Shown here piece by piece: positions 36,271 through 45,961 of a DNA stretch of 56,754 nt; position 1 is the first letter of the stretch, and each line of letters starts with the position of its first letter. The translations under genes and the position numbers were made by a program. Source of the stretch: a virus (Duplodnaviria > Caudoviricetes); IMG/VR virus record IMGVR_UViG_3300046656_000441, positions 1 through 56,754 of that record; one strand, given 5' to 3'. The notes under the pieces are model-generated. The model was not told the origin of the DNA, did not search any database, and saw only the letters and a list, made by a program, of their open reading frames with translations.

Positions 36271-36818
36271 TAGTTCTCCTCGTTCGAAAGGGACTGGGAC
36301 ACCTTCAACACGCGACACCGCGCCAACGTGTTGAGCTGGAGCTTGATGACCCGAATCCCGTATTCGCCCAGCTGGTGCTGGGCCTCATTGCGGAGCTTCG
36401 TTTTGAGCGTTCCCCTCTGCTGCTCCCGCTGCAGCTCAGCCCAATCGAAGTCGCAACAGACGTCGTGGAGCGCTGTCATCGCAATGTCGATGGTGTTGCG
36501 AGTGGCAAACGCGACGACTGGGAGCAGTTTGGACAGGTCCTCCACACAGTAGGTCAGCGTGCCACTGACCAGGAACGTTTTGCCATCCTTCGATTCCATC
36601 GTCTGGGTTTCCAGACGGTCAGTCTGGCGCGCCGTGGGATACGTCTCCCACGTAGTCACGAGCGGCCAAAAGAAGTGCAGACCCGGCCCGTAGGCGACCG
36701 GGGTCTTGCCGTGCTTGTATTTGATAGCACCCTGTGTGGTGTCGAGAATCACCAGGCGCGGGATGAACCGCCCCAGCCACTCGACAATCTGTCCAATCCA
36801 GGCAAAGGCGGTTTCCAT
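36270..36818 (-). CDS. SPFH/Band 7 domain protein
   Basis: PGLHFFWP, QT..SKDG, YGI.V. Confidence 0.75.
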   Translation of the reverse strand: METAFAWIGQIVEWLGRFIPRLVILDTTQGAIKYKHGKTPVAYGPGLHFFWPLVTTWETYPTARQTDRLETQTMESKDGKTFLVSGTLTYCVEDLSKLLPVVAFATRNTIDIAMTALHDVCCDFDWAELQREQQRGTLKTKLRNEAQHQLGEYGIRVIKLQLNTLARCRVLKVSQSLSNEEN

Positions 36819-36821
36819 CTC

Positions 36822-37052
36822 TTATTCTCCTGCAATCGGCATGCCGTCTGGGAGGAACTGCTTCCAGCTGTCGGGGAACGGCAGCGGCTCCTGCTGCTCG
36901 TAGTGGACCCGGCGCTTGTCGGCGTGGATGATGTGGAAGCGCTCCCCCTCAGACTCAAAGAACCCCGGCACCTCGGCCTCGGCCTCGATGGTTCCCTGGA
37001 TGACGTCAATGCCGTTGCGCATGCGCACCACGAGCCGGCGCAGGGCGCTCAT
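36822..37052 (-). CDS. Hypothetical protein
   Basis: ATGA overlap; packed ORF. Confidence 0.45.
   Translation of the reverse strand: MSALRRLVVRMRNGIDVIQGTIEAEAEVPGFFESEGERFHIIHADKRRVHYEQQEPLPFPDSWKQFLPDGMPIAGE
36831..36846 (-). promoter_or_regulatory. sigma54-type element CGGCATGCCGATTGCA
   Basis: GGCA-N6-TTGCA; 13 nt from GC to the SPFH ATG. Confidence 0.65.
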
Positions 37053-37273
37053 CGGATACGCTGCCTTTCGGGCTTGAAGGGAAACTCACGCCACGGGTTA
37101 GGGTAAAGGTCTCGATGGTTCGCCCGGAAGTGCGCCCACTCGATATCGCCGGGCAGATGCCCCTCGCGTTCGAGATGCTGTCGACAATCCCGACAGCCGC
37201 ACTGAGCATATTCGATGGGCTCGGGTCCGTAGTTCGGTGAGTCGCAATCGAGAATGCAGTTCTCCCTTAGCAT
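37049..37273 (-). CDS. Hypothetical Cys-rich protein (MLRENC...)
   Basis: AAGGAG RBS; TAATG coupling. Confidence 0.4.
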   Translation of the reverse strand: MLRENCILDCDSPNYGPEPIEYAQCGCRDCRQHLEREGHLPGDIEWAHFRANHRDLYPNPWREFPFKPERQRIR

Positions 37274-37380
37274 TAGGGCTCCTTGTTGGTCAGGGCCAGG
37301 AGCGCGCTCGCCACCAGGAAGATGGCGAGCAGCACCCCGAGCGATTCGAGCAGATTCCCGGGCGTGAAGGTGGGCATCAT
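37273..37380 (-). CDS. Small single-TM peptide
   Basis: LGVLLAIFLVASALLAL. Confidence 0.4.
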   Translation of the reverse strand: MMPTFTPGNLLESLGVLLAIFLVASALLALTNKEP

Positions 37381-37544
37381 GGGTGCCTCTCGCGACACTT
37401 GCATGTTCGTCCGACCGCATCGCGCCATCGGTCCTCGGTGTCCTGCACACCCATTTTGTAGTAGCCCATCGCGCTGAGGAGAAACATCATCCCCACCAGG
37501 CCCAGCGAACCGATAGTGCACATTATGTAGAACACAGTAACCCC

Positions 37545-38678
37545 TTAGAGCAGAATCGGAACCGTGAACGTGCGCCCACGCTTGCGGTCCATGAGGAACA
37601 GCGCCTGCTTGGGTTTCTCGTAGCTCGCCTTGATGCTCAGTGCGAACGAGTCGTAGCCGATGAGGGAGCCGTTGACGATGAAGCGCCCGCCGTCGAACAG
37701 CTGGTGGAAGTGGCCGAGCACATCCAGGTCCGCGTGCCGGCCCTGGTTCCACTGGGCAATCGCCTTGTTCAGCGGGATGGTGAGCCCGCCCACGCCGCCG
37801 CCAAACTTGACCATGTGGCCATGCTGAAACCGGATGACGGTCCCATACACATCCAGGTAGCTGTGCGGCGCCTCGGGCACAATGAACGTCACGCGCGGCT
37901 CGTTCCTGAAATGGTTCTTCAGGTTGATGAACATCAGGTATTCGAGGGAGTGGCCGTTCTCGGCGCCGAAGCGCGTGGTCTTCGTGGTGCGCGCGTGGTT
38001 GCCGCTGTGGCAGGGAATCGTCAGGTGCAGGTCGCTGTTGTCGAGCAGATACTGGATGCCGCTCGCAATCTGGCTCTGCACCGCGATAACCTCGAACATC
38101 GGCGGCAGCGTGTTGGTCTCCTGGAACTCCTCATGGATGTGCCCGGTGATGAAGTCGCCCAGCAGCGCCAGCACCATGTGGTGGATGGGCACGCCAGTCG
38201 CCAGCAGCCCGGTCAGGCTGAGCGCCTTGCGGAAGAACCTTAGGATGCGCTCGTCGGCCACTTTCACATTGAAGGTGTTCAGCCCACCCACCTCGGGTCC
38301 CACGTGGCCGGCGTAGTGCCAGTCGGACGCCACGACCACCACGGTCGCCTCGTTGCCGCCAGAGGACTCCACGGGCTCGATGACCCGCACGTCCATGCCA
38401 TCCTGGAGTTCCTGGACGATATGCAGCTCCTGCTCCAGGCGCTCGATGGTGGCTTGCGCCGCCTTGTAGCGCTCCTTCAGACCGCGCTTCTCGGTCTCGC
38501 TGCGGGCCTTCTCACGGTCAGCGGCAAGCATCGCCGCGGGGCTGGGCTCGGGTGCGGCCTGGACGGGGAACTTCGGGGCGTTGCCGGGTCTGCCGGCGCA
38601 CACCGCGCAGCGCTTCGATTGCGAATGCCGCAGGTTCGCGCAGCCGGGAGTCGGGCAGGGGAGCTTGGTTGATGACAA
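37545..38678 (-). CDS. Calcineurin-like metallophosphoesterase
   Basis: SDWH, LGD, GNH, HGH, GHFH motifs; N-terminal Cys cluster and coiled coil. Confidence 0.88.
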   Translation of the reverse strand: MSSTKLPCPTPGCANLRHSQSKRCAVCAGRPGNAPKFPVQAAPEPSPAAMLAADREKARSETEKRGLKERYKAAQATIERLEQELHIVQELQDGMDVRVIEPVESSGGNEATVVVVASDWHYAGHVGPEVGGLNTFNVKVADERILRFFRKALSLTGLLATGVPIHHMVLALLGDFITGHIHEEFQETNTLPPMFEVIAVQSQIASGIQYLLDNSDLHLTIPCHSGNHARTTKTTRFGAENGHSLEYLMFINLKNHFRNEPRVTFIVPEAPHSYLDVYGTVIRFQHGHMVKFGGGVGGLTIPLNKAIAQWNQGRHADLDVLGHFHQLFDGGRFIVNGSLIGYDSFALSIKASYEKPKQALFLMDRKRGRTFTVPILL

Positions 38679-38897
38679 AATGGGCCTCCAGGGAACGGGG
38701 TTTGGTTCGGCTATTTTACCACGCCGGGCTCGGTCACCCTAGCGCCGCTCTCGGTCTCGTAGTCCATGCGCTCGCCCGTATACCTCGTCATGTAGGGGCG
38801 CCAGCGGTTCGTGCACTTGACGCAAATCTTGACAATTGTGCCGTCAATGAGGCAGACGGCCGGCGTGATGCCGGCGCGCTGCCCACAGTCCCAACAC

Positions 38898-39182
38898 TTA
38901 CCGGTCAACGTGCTGCTCGACAACATCCCACTCCAGGCGCTCGCGTGCGCCCTCTTCGCTGTCGCGCACACTCAGCTTATGGATATAGGCTTGCGCGGCC
39001 TCTCGGGACGCCAGCTCCACCGGGGGCTTGAACTTTACTTCCTCGTCGCAAACCAGCTCCCAGAAGCCTAGAGTGGTGAGTATTGGTCCCTTGTAGCCCT
39101 CATCATACAGAGAGACCCGCTTCTCGATGCGGAACACCCGGTGGTTCCTCAGCTGCAGGATGCGATACTCAGTCTTCGTCAC
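38898..39182 (-). CDS. Hypothetical protein (VTKTEYRIL...)
   Basis: GAGGAGG RBS before GTG. Confidence 0.4.
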   Translation of the reverse strand: MTKTEYRILQLRNHRVFRIEKRVSLYDEGYKGPILTTLGFWELVCDEEVKFKPPVELASREAAQAYIHKLSVRDSEEGARERLEWDVVEQHVDR

Positions 39183-39600
39183 GGTAGTCCTCCTCGTCGC
39201 GCTCGTCGCGCGGTGCACCCTTGCGAGCCGCCATCGCCGCTGCGGCCTTGGCACGCTCCCCGGGCAGGTAGAACCGGGTGTGCCCTTTCTTCGGGCTCGT
39301 CTTGTAACAGTTGTCGAGCTGGGCCTTGGTGATGCCCAGGGCGTAGACCAGTTTCTTCTGCAGCTTCGAGCTGGTCCCGCCGTCCACCCTCGTGATGCCA
39401 TAGTCGCCAGGCAGCTCGATTTTCTTGGCGCCGGCTTCCTCGCGAATCGCTTCGATGCGCGCCTCGATGGCGCTGACGTCCGACTGCGCCGCCGCCAGGT
39501 CCGCCTTGGCCTCGGCGTAGATTCGCATCTCCTGGATGAGCAGTTGTTCGAGCGCCGGGTCGAGCTTCTCTTCGACTACCACGGTGGCCTGGAGTTTCAT
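39169..39600 (-). CDS. Hypothetical coiled-coil protein
   Basis: GGAG RBS; strong codon bias. Confidence 0.55.
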   Translation of the reverse strand: MKLQATVVVEEKLDPALEQLLIQEMRIYAEAKADLAAAQSDVSAIEARIEAIREEAGAKKIELPGDYGITRVDGGTSSKLQKKLVYALGITKAQLDNCYKTSPKKGHTRFYLPGERAKAAAAMAARKGAPRDERDEEDYRDED

Positions 39601-39932
39601 CGGTCCATCTCCACAAATAGGGACCCGTCAGCCGTCCGGTGCACGCGCCCCGGGTGGTCCTTCTCGCGCACGCACCGAGCGTAGCCGTCGCGGGAGAAGT
39701 GGCATTTGACGTAGTTGTCAGGGTGCTGGGCGCACGCGTGATTCGCGCCGGCATCGCAGCCGCAGGGCTGGGTGCTCTGGTCCTGCCAGCCGGGGTTGTG
39801 CTCGTTGCTATGCGCACCCGTGTGGTTTTTGCTCAGCCAGCAGCGCTCGCCGCCAGGGCCAAGATTGTAGCAGCTGGTCGCCTCGGCAAACGCTGCCTGC
39901 GCCGCGCGAACCTTGTCCTCCTGGCAGCTCAT
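39597..39932 (-). CDS. Cys/His-repeat protein (C.L...H.G.H motifs)
   Basis: Repeated C-x-C...H-x-x-H units. Confidence 0.45.
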   Translation of the reverse strand: MSCQEDKVRAAQAAFAEATSCYNLGPGGERCWLSKNHTGAHSNEHNPGWQDQSTQPCGCDAGANHACAQHPDNYVKCHFSRDGYARCVREKDHPGRVHRTADGSLFVEMDR

Positions 39933-40099
39933 CGCGCCAGCCTCTCCAGCGACCGCTTGTGCCGCTTTTTCATGCGTTCGATGCTTTCCTGCAGCCGGCG
40001 GTTTTCCTCCACAAGCCGCTCGCGCTCCGGGTCGGGGCAGCTGTGCACGTCATCGAAGCCGTCCGAGTAGCTGTTGCCGCACTTGCCACAAGTGGTCAT
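39929..40099 (-). CDS. Small zinc-finger protein (MTTCGKCG...H.C)
   Basis: GGAG RBS; ATGA overlap with the polymerase stop. Confidence 0.45.
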   Translation of the reverse strand: MTTCGKCGNSYSDGFDDVHSCPDPERERLVEENRRLQESIERMKKRHKRSLERLAR

Positions 40100-42735
40100 A
40101 GCTCCACCATTTCCGACCAGTTCATGCCCGCCTCGGGCTTGGTCTCCAGCGGCACCGAGAAACCCTCGGGCGCTCTCGTCATAATCTCTTGCAAGCGTGG
40201 GGCCACGTCGAGCAGGCGCCCGCTCTCCACCTCGGACAGCAAGTCGTCGTGCGTCCACAGCAGCGGCTCGACCCAGTGCCCCTGTCGCCGTTCGGGGACA
40301 TAGACCTCTTTCCAGGACGCTGCGAGCACCTGCTTGCCAATGAACTGGGCGCCCTCCTGGATGGGCGTCGAGTAGGCGAAGCGCTCGGCCTCGGCGCGCA
40401 CCCGGGAGTCCTTCGAGCGAATCCCGCCCACGTAGCGAATCCGCCCGCTCATGCAGCGGATAAAGCCGTTCTTCTCGGCCTCGGCCACCATCTTTTGCTT
40501 GTAGATGCCGGCGCCCACATAGAGCTTGTTCGCCTCGTCTATCATCTTCTGCGCGTCGTCGTCATCGATGTCGAGGCCGGCTTTCCTCAGTTCGAGCGCC
40601 AGGCCGATGTGCGTCTGGCCCATCCAGTATCCGAAGTTGATAGCCTTCGCCGCGGTGCGCTCGCCACTGTTCTTCTCGGGGCGCCCGTAGATGCGCTGGC
40701 ACATGTTCGTGTGCAGGTCGATTTGCGAGCCATCGGGGTTGCGCCGCTCGCCCCGATAGATGGCGAGCATCACGGGGTCTTGTGACAAATGTGCTCCGAC
40801 GCGCAGCTCGACCTGCGACTCATCGAGTGACAGAAACAGGCACCCCTTGCGTGGAATAAAGCAAGCACGAAATGCCTTAGCAAACTTACCGTGCTTGGGC
40901 ATGGCGAGCAGGTTTGGGTTCTTCGCCGCCAGGCGTCCACTTGGTGTGCGGTTAAGGAGTAGCTCGCAGTGGATGCGCTGGTCGAACGGCCAGCGGTCGA
41001 CAAGGTCAGGGAGGCGCTCAACGAACGTCCATCGCAGCTTAAAATATTCACGGTAGCTCCTCACATTGGCAATGGCTGGGAACTCGGGATACATGCGCTG
41101 CAGCGCTTCGAGCACCTTGTCGTTGGTGCTGCCGCGCCCGCCCTCGGTCTGCTTGCCCAGCTGCTCAATCTGCAGCTGGTTATACAGGTAGTCGGCTACC
41201 TGGTCGCCGCTGTTCGGGTTGAAGTCTTCTCTCCCGGTGTCCGCCTGGAGCTTCGCGAGCAGCACGGCCAGTTCCGCATCGAGCTTCGCGCCGAGCCGCT
41301 GGAACGCCGCGGGGTCTGGCGCCAGGCCGACGCGCATCATGCGGTCAAGTATCGGATACGTCCCCAGGTCGAGTCGGTAGACGGGCTCCAGACCCATCGC
41401 CTGGATTTGGGGCAGCAGCTTGTGCTTGAGGCGCAGCGTCGCATCCGGGTCCCGGCTGGCGTAGCGCAGCGCCACGGCCGGGTCGACATCGCTCAGCGAC
41501 GCCTCGGGAATCTCGCTCCGCATCACCGCGTAGCCGGCCACCTGGATATCTTCGTTCTGGTCCTGCCACAGTCGGTAGGGTTCCTTCGAGCCGAGCACAC
41601 GAGCGGCCGCTTGCATGAGCGCCGGCTTGGGCAGCTTGGGGAGCACCTTGATACGGCGCTTCCTCACATTGCGCTGGAAGTCGAAGTCCTCCTGGCGCAT
41701 CGCTTGGTAGCGTGTGTTCTGCTGCTCCCACAGCTTGTGCAGATAGTCTCTGGCGTGCTTGTCTTGCGCGTCCCCCAGGACGTCCTTGTAGTCCTGCATC
41801 TCCATGCCGCACTCGCGCACCGCGAGCGGCTTGAGCCCCTGGGGAATGACGCCCAGCTCATACGCCATCAGCATCGTATCCTCGATGGGGAGCCCCTCAT
41901 CGAGGTAGTCGATGCCGCCGATGATGCGGGACAGCTTGCAGTCCCACAGTGCATTGTGGAAGACGGTTACCGGCCGCGCTTCGCGCGTCCACTCGACGTA
42001 GGCGTCGATGACGTCTTTCGAGCGGAGGAGGATGCCGTCGCCCGGCGCTTTCGAGAGCTGGACGCTCCACGGCGCGTGCGGGTAGCCTTCGGTGTCGTTG
42101 GCAACTTCGAGGTAAGCGCGGTAGTCGTCGGCCCAGGCGTGAAATGCACCGGCACTGTGAAGCTCGGCATAGTTAGTGTCGACGGCGTCGGAATGTAGCC
42201 CTCGGGCTGGGGTGAGTCCTCGAAGAATACGCCCGAGGCGTTCAAATCCGACCAGAACTCGGTTTCCGTCTTCGGGGCTATGGAATCCGCTGGCGGGATG
42301 GACCTGGGGTGCAATCGTGCAGTCTGCTCGGAGGCCACATCGAGACACAACTTCTGGAGGGGGGACAAGGTGGAGTCCCCATACTTCATCGACGTCGACA
42401 TCCCCGAGGAAATAGCGAATCGCTTCGCGACCGAGCGCCACAATGATTTTAGGTTGAACACGTGCAATCTCCTCCTTGAGGTTGTGACCCGCTTCCTCGT
42501 AATCTTCCTTCGGGTGCGGGATACCCTTGCCCGGCGCCGGCCGGCGGAAGTAGTTGGTCAGAAACCAATGCTTCCGCGGCCAGCCGATGCGCTCAAGAAG
42601 TCGGTCAACCTCTTCACCGACTTGCCCGACGAACGGTTCGTGCTTCTGCCAGTCCTTCCAGCCAGGCTCCGACCCGACGAGCATGCGCTCGTTGGGGACT
42701 CTGCCTATTCCGTTGACTGGCCGGTCGGACGCCAC
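40096..42735 (-). CDS. polA: Family A DNA polymerase with N-terminal UDG-like domain and 3'-5' exonuclease
   Basis: UDG-like VGSEPG/PFVG/TN/LG..A/HPA; exonuclease DTE, HN..WD, YA..D; polymerase DESQVELR, R..AK..NFG, HDD. Confidence 0.92.
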   Translation of the reverse strand: MASDRPVNGIGRVPNERMLVGSEPGWKDWQKHEPFVGQVGEEVDRLLERIGWPRKHWFLTNYFRRPAPGKGIPHPKEDYEEAGHNLKEEIARVQPKIIVALGREAIRYFLGDVDVDEVWGLHLVPPPEVVSRCGLRADCTIAPQVHPASGFHSPEDGNRVLVGFERLGRILRGLTPARGLHSDAVDTNYAELHSAGAFHAWADDYRAYLEVANDTEGYPHAPWSVQLSKAPGDGILLRSKDVIDAYVEWTREARPVTVFHNALWDCKLSRIIGGIDYLDEGLPIEDTMLMAYELGVIPQGLKPLAVRECGMEMQDYKDVLGDAQDKHARDYLHKLWEQQNTRYQAMRQEDFDFQRNVRKRRIKVLPKLPKPALMQAAARVLGSKEPYRLWQDQNEDIQVAGYAVMRSEIPEASLSDVDPAVALRYASRDPDATLRLKHKLLPQIQAMGLEPVYRLDLGTYPILDRMMRVGLAPDPAAFQRLGAKLDAELAVLLAKLQADTGREDFNPNSGDQVADYLYNQLQIEQLGKQTEGGRGSTNDKVLEALQRMYPEFPAIANVRSYREYFKLRWTFVERLPDLVDRWPFDQRIHCELLLNRTPSGRLAAKNPNLLAMPKHGKFAKAFRACFIPRKGCLFLSLDESQVELRVGAHLSQDPVMLAIYRGERRNPDGSQIDLHTNMCQRIYGRPEKNSGERTAAKAINFGYWMGQTHIGLALELRKAGLDIDDDDAQKMIDEANKLYVGAGIYKQKMVAEAEKNGFIRCMSGRIRYVGGIRSKDSRVRAEAERFAYSTPIQEGAQFIGKQVLAASWKEVYVPERRQGHWVEPLLWTHDDLLSEVESGRLLDVAPRLQEIMTRAPEGFSVPLETKPEAGMNWSEMVEL
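40190..40205 (-). promoter_or_regulatory. Weaker sigma54-type element TGGCCCCACGCTTGCA
   Basis: In the polymerase 3' end, about 90 nt before the next ATG. Confidence 0.45.
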
Positions 42736-42739
42736 GCGC

Positions 42740-43066
42740 CTAGTTGACCTTCCCGAAGATGTCGTCCATCTCGCTCAGGTCCACAGTCTGGATGAGCTTG
42801 GCTTTCGCCTCTTCGAGCTGCACATCGAGGCGCTTGTTCAGCTCCTCCAGCTCCTCGGCCTCGGGCACCGACGCTTCCATGAGGTCGTAGCTTGAGTAGG
42901 GAATCGAGGCGACGATGTAGCCCATGTTCCCGCGGTAGCGGACGAGCGATACCGCACCTGGTCCCTCGCGCAGCTCCTGCGCCTCGACCAAGATGGGCTC
43001 TTTGTGCTCCGAGTAGAACTCGAACGTGCGCATCGGCGCGTCCTCGTTGGTCAGCGGCTTGTTCAT
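42740..43066 (-). CDS. Hypothetical protein
   Basis: GAGGAGG RBS. Confidence 0.55.
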   Translation of the reverse strand: MNKPLTNEDAPMRTFEFYSEHKEPILVEAQELREGPGAVSLVRYRGNMGYIVASIPYSSYDLMEASVPEAEELEELNKRLDVQLEEAKAKLIQTVDLSEMDDIFGKVN

Positions 43067-43839
43067 CGGACCCTCCTCAATGCGTCAATGACGCGGATAG
43101 CCTTCGCGGTTCCCAGCCGGCGCGGGCCGGAGGGGGTTTCGACTTCGAGGTCTTCCCAAGCGCTCAGGGGCATTGCGAGCATCGCGGCGAGACTCCCTTT
43201 GCACCACTTCTCCACCGCTTTGGACGCTGCAAGACCGATGCCAGGGCACAGGTCCATCACCGCCAGGCGGAACGAGGACACCGGCTTGATGCCCATCTTC
43301 TCGGGGCGAATCATCGTCTTCATGGTGGTGTGCTGGTCCCACTGCTTATCGGTGAACGACCGATACAGGGAGACCAGCCAGCGCACGCTCTGCGCCTGGT
43401 TGGACGTCTGCTTAAGAATCATGCCGCCGCGCAGCGTGAGGCTCAGGAGCGCCTTTTCGAGCGTGTCCTCCGAGAACCCACCGGGCACCGAGCGCCGGCC
43501 GATACCCTGCGAAACTAGATGCCCGGCCCGGTCTGTCGAGTATGCGCCCTCCACGAGCAGGAACACGAAGTCGTATGTATCGTGGAGACGCGAGAGCTGG
43601 GATTCTTGCCCGGCCTCAGTAGACATGCCTTGCAGGCGCCCACTCCTGAGTGAGCCAACGAGGTCGTTAAGCGCCTTCCGCTCCACGCCGACTTCGCAAT
43701 CGCCGTCGGGGCCATTGCCGGTGAACGCGAAGTCAGCTGAGTCGAGAATCGCGGGTTTCGCATCAATCCCCGCTCTTCGCAGCGCCGGCAGCATTTCCTT
43801 CGAGCCCACTCGACTGTCGACCCACATCGTTGATGCCAT
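43063..43839 (-). CDS. ERCC4-domain nuclease
   Basis: VDSR, L.SADF, VERK...DL..S...GRL, LLVEG; HhH-like C-terminus. Confidence 0.85.
   Translation of the reverse strand: MASTMWVDSRVGSKEMLPALRRAGIDAKPAILDSADFAFTGNGPDGDCEVGVERKALNDLVGSLRSGRLQGMSTEAGQESQLSRLHDTYDFVFLLVEGAYSTDRAGHLVSQGIGRRSVPGGFSEDTLEKALLSLTLRGGMILKQTSNQAQSVRWLVSLYRSFTDKQWDQHTTMKTMIRPEKMGIKPVSSFRLAVMDLCPGIGLAASKAVEKWCKGSLAAMLAMPLSAWEDLEVETPSGPRRLGTAKAIRVIDALRRVR
43228..43244 (-). promoter_or_regulatory. sigma54-type element CTGGCATCGGTCTTGCA
   Basis: Near-consensus; about 160 nt upstream of the gene preceding polA. Confidence 0.65.
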
Positions 43840-43943
43840 CGGTTCTCCCACAGAAAATGCAGCCACTGACGCACACGCCGCCCAGACACGCGTCGATGCC
43901 GTTCTCCAGGAGCCGCAGCACCAGGTCCTCGCGCCGGGCGCGC

Positions 43944-44444
43944 TCAGCGGGACTCACGGTTCTGTCCTCGGATGCGCACCGCTTGGGCCTGCTCATCGGG
44001 CACCCATCGCCACGCGTCCAGCTCCTCACGCGTCATCGCCTGCACGCGCTCCAGGAGCGCCGCACGCTTCTCCTCGGCCTTGAGTGTCGAGCCGGTCATC
44101 AGGTTGTTGAGCGGGTCCAGCATCTCGACCCACGGGCCAACCTGGCGCTGCTCGACGCGGACGTATTCGAGCCGCGGGAACGAGTCCCGCAGCCGGAACA
44201 GAATCTCCCGCGGCTCGATGTGGGACACCGCCTCGAAGCCCACATCCAGCCGGCGCGCCAGCCACGCCCAGGAGCGCTTGAGCTGGGTCGGGGTGACGCC
44301 CAGCTCCGGCTTGTCGCTGCCTACGCGCCGCAGCATACGCCGGATGGCGTTCGGCCGGTCGGACACGAGAAGCCTCGCGCGCTTCTCGGCCCGATACTTC
44401 CAGACCAGCCGATACTGGTAGCTAAACCGCCGAATGCGGCGCAT
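43944..44444 (-). CDS. Basic hypothetical protein
   Basis: GAGG RBS; packed ORF. Confidence 0.45.
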   Translation of the reverse strand: MRRIRRFSYQYRLVWKYRAEKRARLLVSDRPNAIRRMLRRVGSDKPELGVTPTQLKRSWAWLARRLDVGFEAVSHIEPREILFRLRDSFPRLEYVRVEQRQVGPWVEMLDPLNNLMTGSTLKAEEKRAALLERVQAMTREELDAWRWVPDEQAQAVRIRGQNRESR

Positions 44445-44628
44445 AGCCCCTCTCGGGAATCAGCAGGTAGACGTTGCCGACTCTCTCGATGTTGTAGCCG
44501 TCCGCACGCAGCTCCTGCACCACGCGACGCAGCGAGGCGCTCGGGATGTCAAGCGCCCTCTCCAGGTTGCGGATGCTGAGTGCACCCACACCGCGCAGCG
44601 CTCGAACGACCTGCTCTTTTTGTGTCAT
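44422..44628 (-). CDS. Winged-HTH DNA-binding protein
   Basis: LS...L...L.I...S.RR.V.ELR..GY.I.....Y.L. Confidence 0.7.
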   Translation of the reverse strand: MTQKEQVVRALRGVGALSIRNLERALDIPSASLRRVVQELRADGYNIERVGNVYLLIPERGYAPHSAV

Positions 44629-44631
44629 GGT

Positions 44632-45393
44632 CTACTCCCAGTCGCTGTCGTCGCTGTCCGGGAAAATCATCATCCCCAGCTGAGCGAACGTGAGGTTCTC
44701 GAATGTCTTGTCCTGGACCAGTGCGCTGCCCTCGCCGCGGGCCTTGTTGACCGTGGTGAAGAACTTCCCACCCTCGCGATAGTGGAACAGGTCCACGTGG
44801 ACGAGCCCTTCCAGCTCGCGGAAGCCGGCACGCTTGACGGCGCCCGACTTGTTGTTCTGGGAGACCCACTCATCGCGGACGTCCTCGATGAACACCATAT
44901 TGATGTTCAGCTTTTTGGGCCAGTTGACATACTTGCGCATCGCCTGGTTGGCCTTGTCGAAGTCGCGCGCCTTGTCGCCCTTGGGCGCGCCGAACTCGGC
45001 ATACCTGAACAGGTTCCACACGTCGGTCTCTTTGTCCCAAATGACGGTGCGGGCCGCGCTGCACGCCAACACGTAGTCATCGATGAACTGGTCTCGCAGC
45101 TCCTTGGCCTTGAGCTGGAAGCCCTCGGACTGTTCGTCTTCTTTCGTGGGCGCCCAGTCGTAGTCGACCACGCGAATCTCTTTCTTGTCGTGGAACTTCT
45201 CGATGACGCCTTCGTGTCCCCAGTCGAGCGACTGGAGCACGATGGGACCAGGTCCCGTCAGCGCGAACTGGGTCTTGCCGGAGCCCGGGCCACCCACGCT
45301 GGCACAGATGAGGCGCGGCACCGAGGTCACGGTGGCGGAGGATGAACGACGAAAACGGTCGAGAGCGTTCTTTCCGGGGCTCACTATAGCCAT
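44632..45393 (-). CDS. AAA_24/Sak4-like ATPase (putative recombinase)
   Basis: GGPGSGKT; TVIWD; near a PD-(D/E)XK nuclease. Confidence 0.7.
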   Translation of the reverse strand: MAIVSPGKNALDRFRRSSSATVTSVPRLICASVGGPGSGKTQFALTGPGPIVLQSLDWGHEGVIEKFHDKKEIRVVDYDWAPTKEDEQSEGFQLKAKELRDQFIDDYVLACSAARTVIWDKETDVWNLFRYAEFGAPKGDKARDFDKANQAMRKYVNWPKKLNINMVFIEDVRDEWVSQNNKSGAVKRAGFRELEGLVHVDLFHYREGGKFFTTVNKARGEGSALVQDKTFENLTFAQLGMMIFPDSDDSDWE

Positions 45394-45668
45394 GTTGCTC
45401 CTTGTGATGGTGGTCGCTTATTCTCTTGCAAGAGTCGCTCCATGTGGCGCAAGAGCGCTTTGGCCCTCCACAGCTGGTCCTGGACTGGCTGCCAAATACG
45501 CCAGAAGATGAATGAATCCTCACGCTGTGTCGGCACTGGCAGGCGCATATTCTTGCTGTCGTCACGGGGGTCGGCCGGCGTGACGATGTCAACCACGTCG
45601 AGCAGCGCGCCCGAGTCGCGTTTCCAGTCTGCAGCGCGCATCACGCGGAACCACTCGCGAGTCGTCAT
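45384..45668 (-). CDS. Hypothetical protein (MTTREWF...)
   Basis: GGAG RBS; ATGA overlap. Confidence 0.4.
   Translation of the reverse strand: MTTREWFRVMRAADWKRDSGALLDVVDIVTPADPRDDSKNMRLPVPTQREDSFIFWRIWQPVQDQLWRAKALLRHMERLLQENKRPPSQGATWL
45427..45442 (-). promoter_or_regulatory. Weaker sigma54-type element TGGAGCGACTCTTGCA
   Basis: About 35 nt upstream of the ATPase ATG; SD falls within the predicted leader. Confidence 0.45.
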
Positions 45669-45961
45669 TCTGACTCCGAATACTCGACCAGGTCGCTGGC
45701 CGAGTGCATGGTATTCTCCAGCAGCTGACCCACCAGGTTCGATGCTTGCTCTGGCGTGTCGGCTCCTGCGAGCCAGCAGAACGCACGCCAGAGCCACTGG
45801 GGAAAGAATCGGCGCTGTGGCCCGAAGGCGCGCAACGTCCACAACGTGGGGAACGTGAGCACCTCACCATCGCTCAGGGTCAGCTCATGGCGCACCAGCC
45901 GCGCGTCGGGCATGCTCGGCAGCTGCTTATAGCTCGACTCCATCCTGACAATGCTTCTCAT
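45665..45961 (-). CDS. Hypothetical protein (MRSIVRM...)
   Basis: GGAGGAG RBS. Confidence 0.45.
   Translation of the reverse strand: MRSIVRMESSYKQLPSMPDARLVRHELTLSDGEVLTFPTLWTLRAFGPQRRFFPQWLWRAFCWLAGADTPEQASNLVGQLLENTMHSASDLVEYSESE

Noticed and set aside
34463-42735. Z-genome or other global base-modification pathway
   Set aside because: No PurZ, thymidylate synthase-like, 7-deazaguanine or glycosyltransferase gene was recognised, and restriction-site avoidance points to unprotected DNA.
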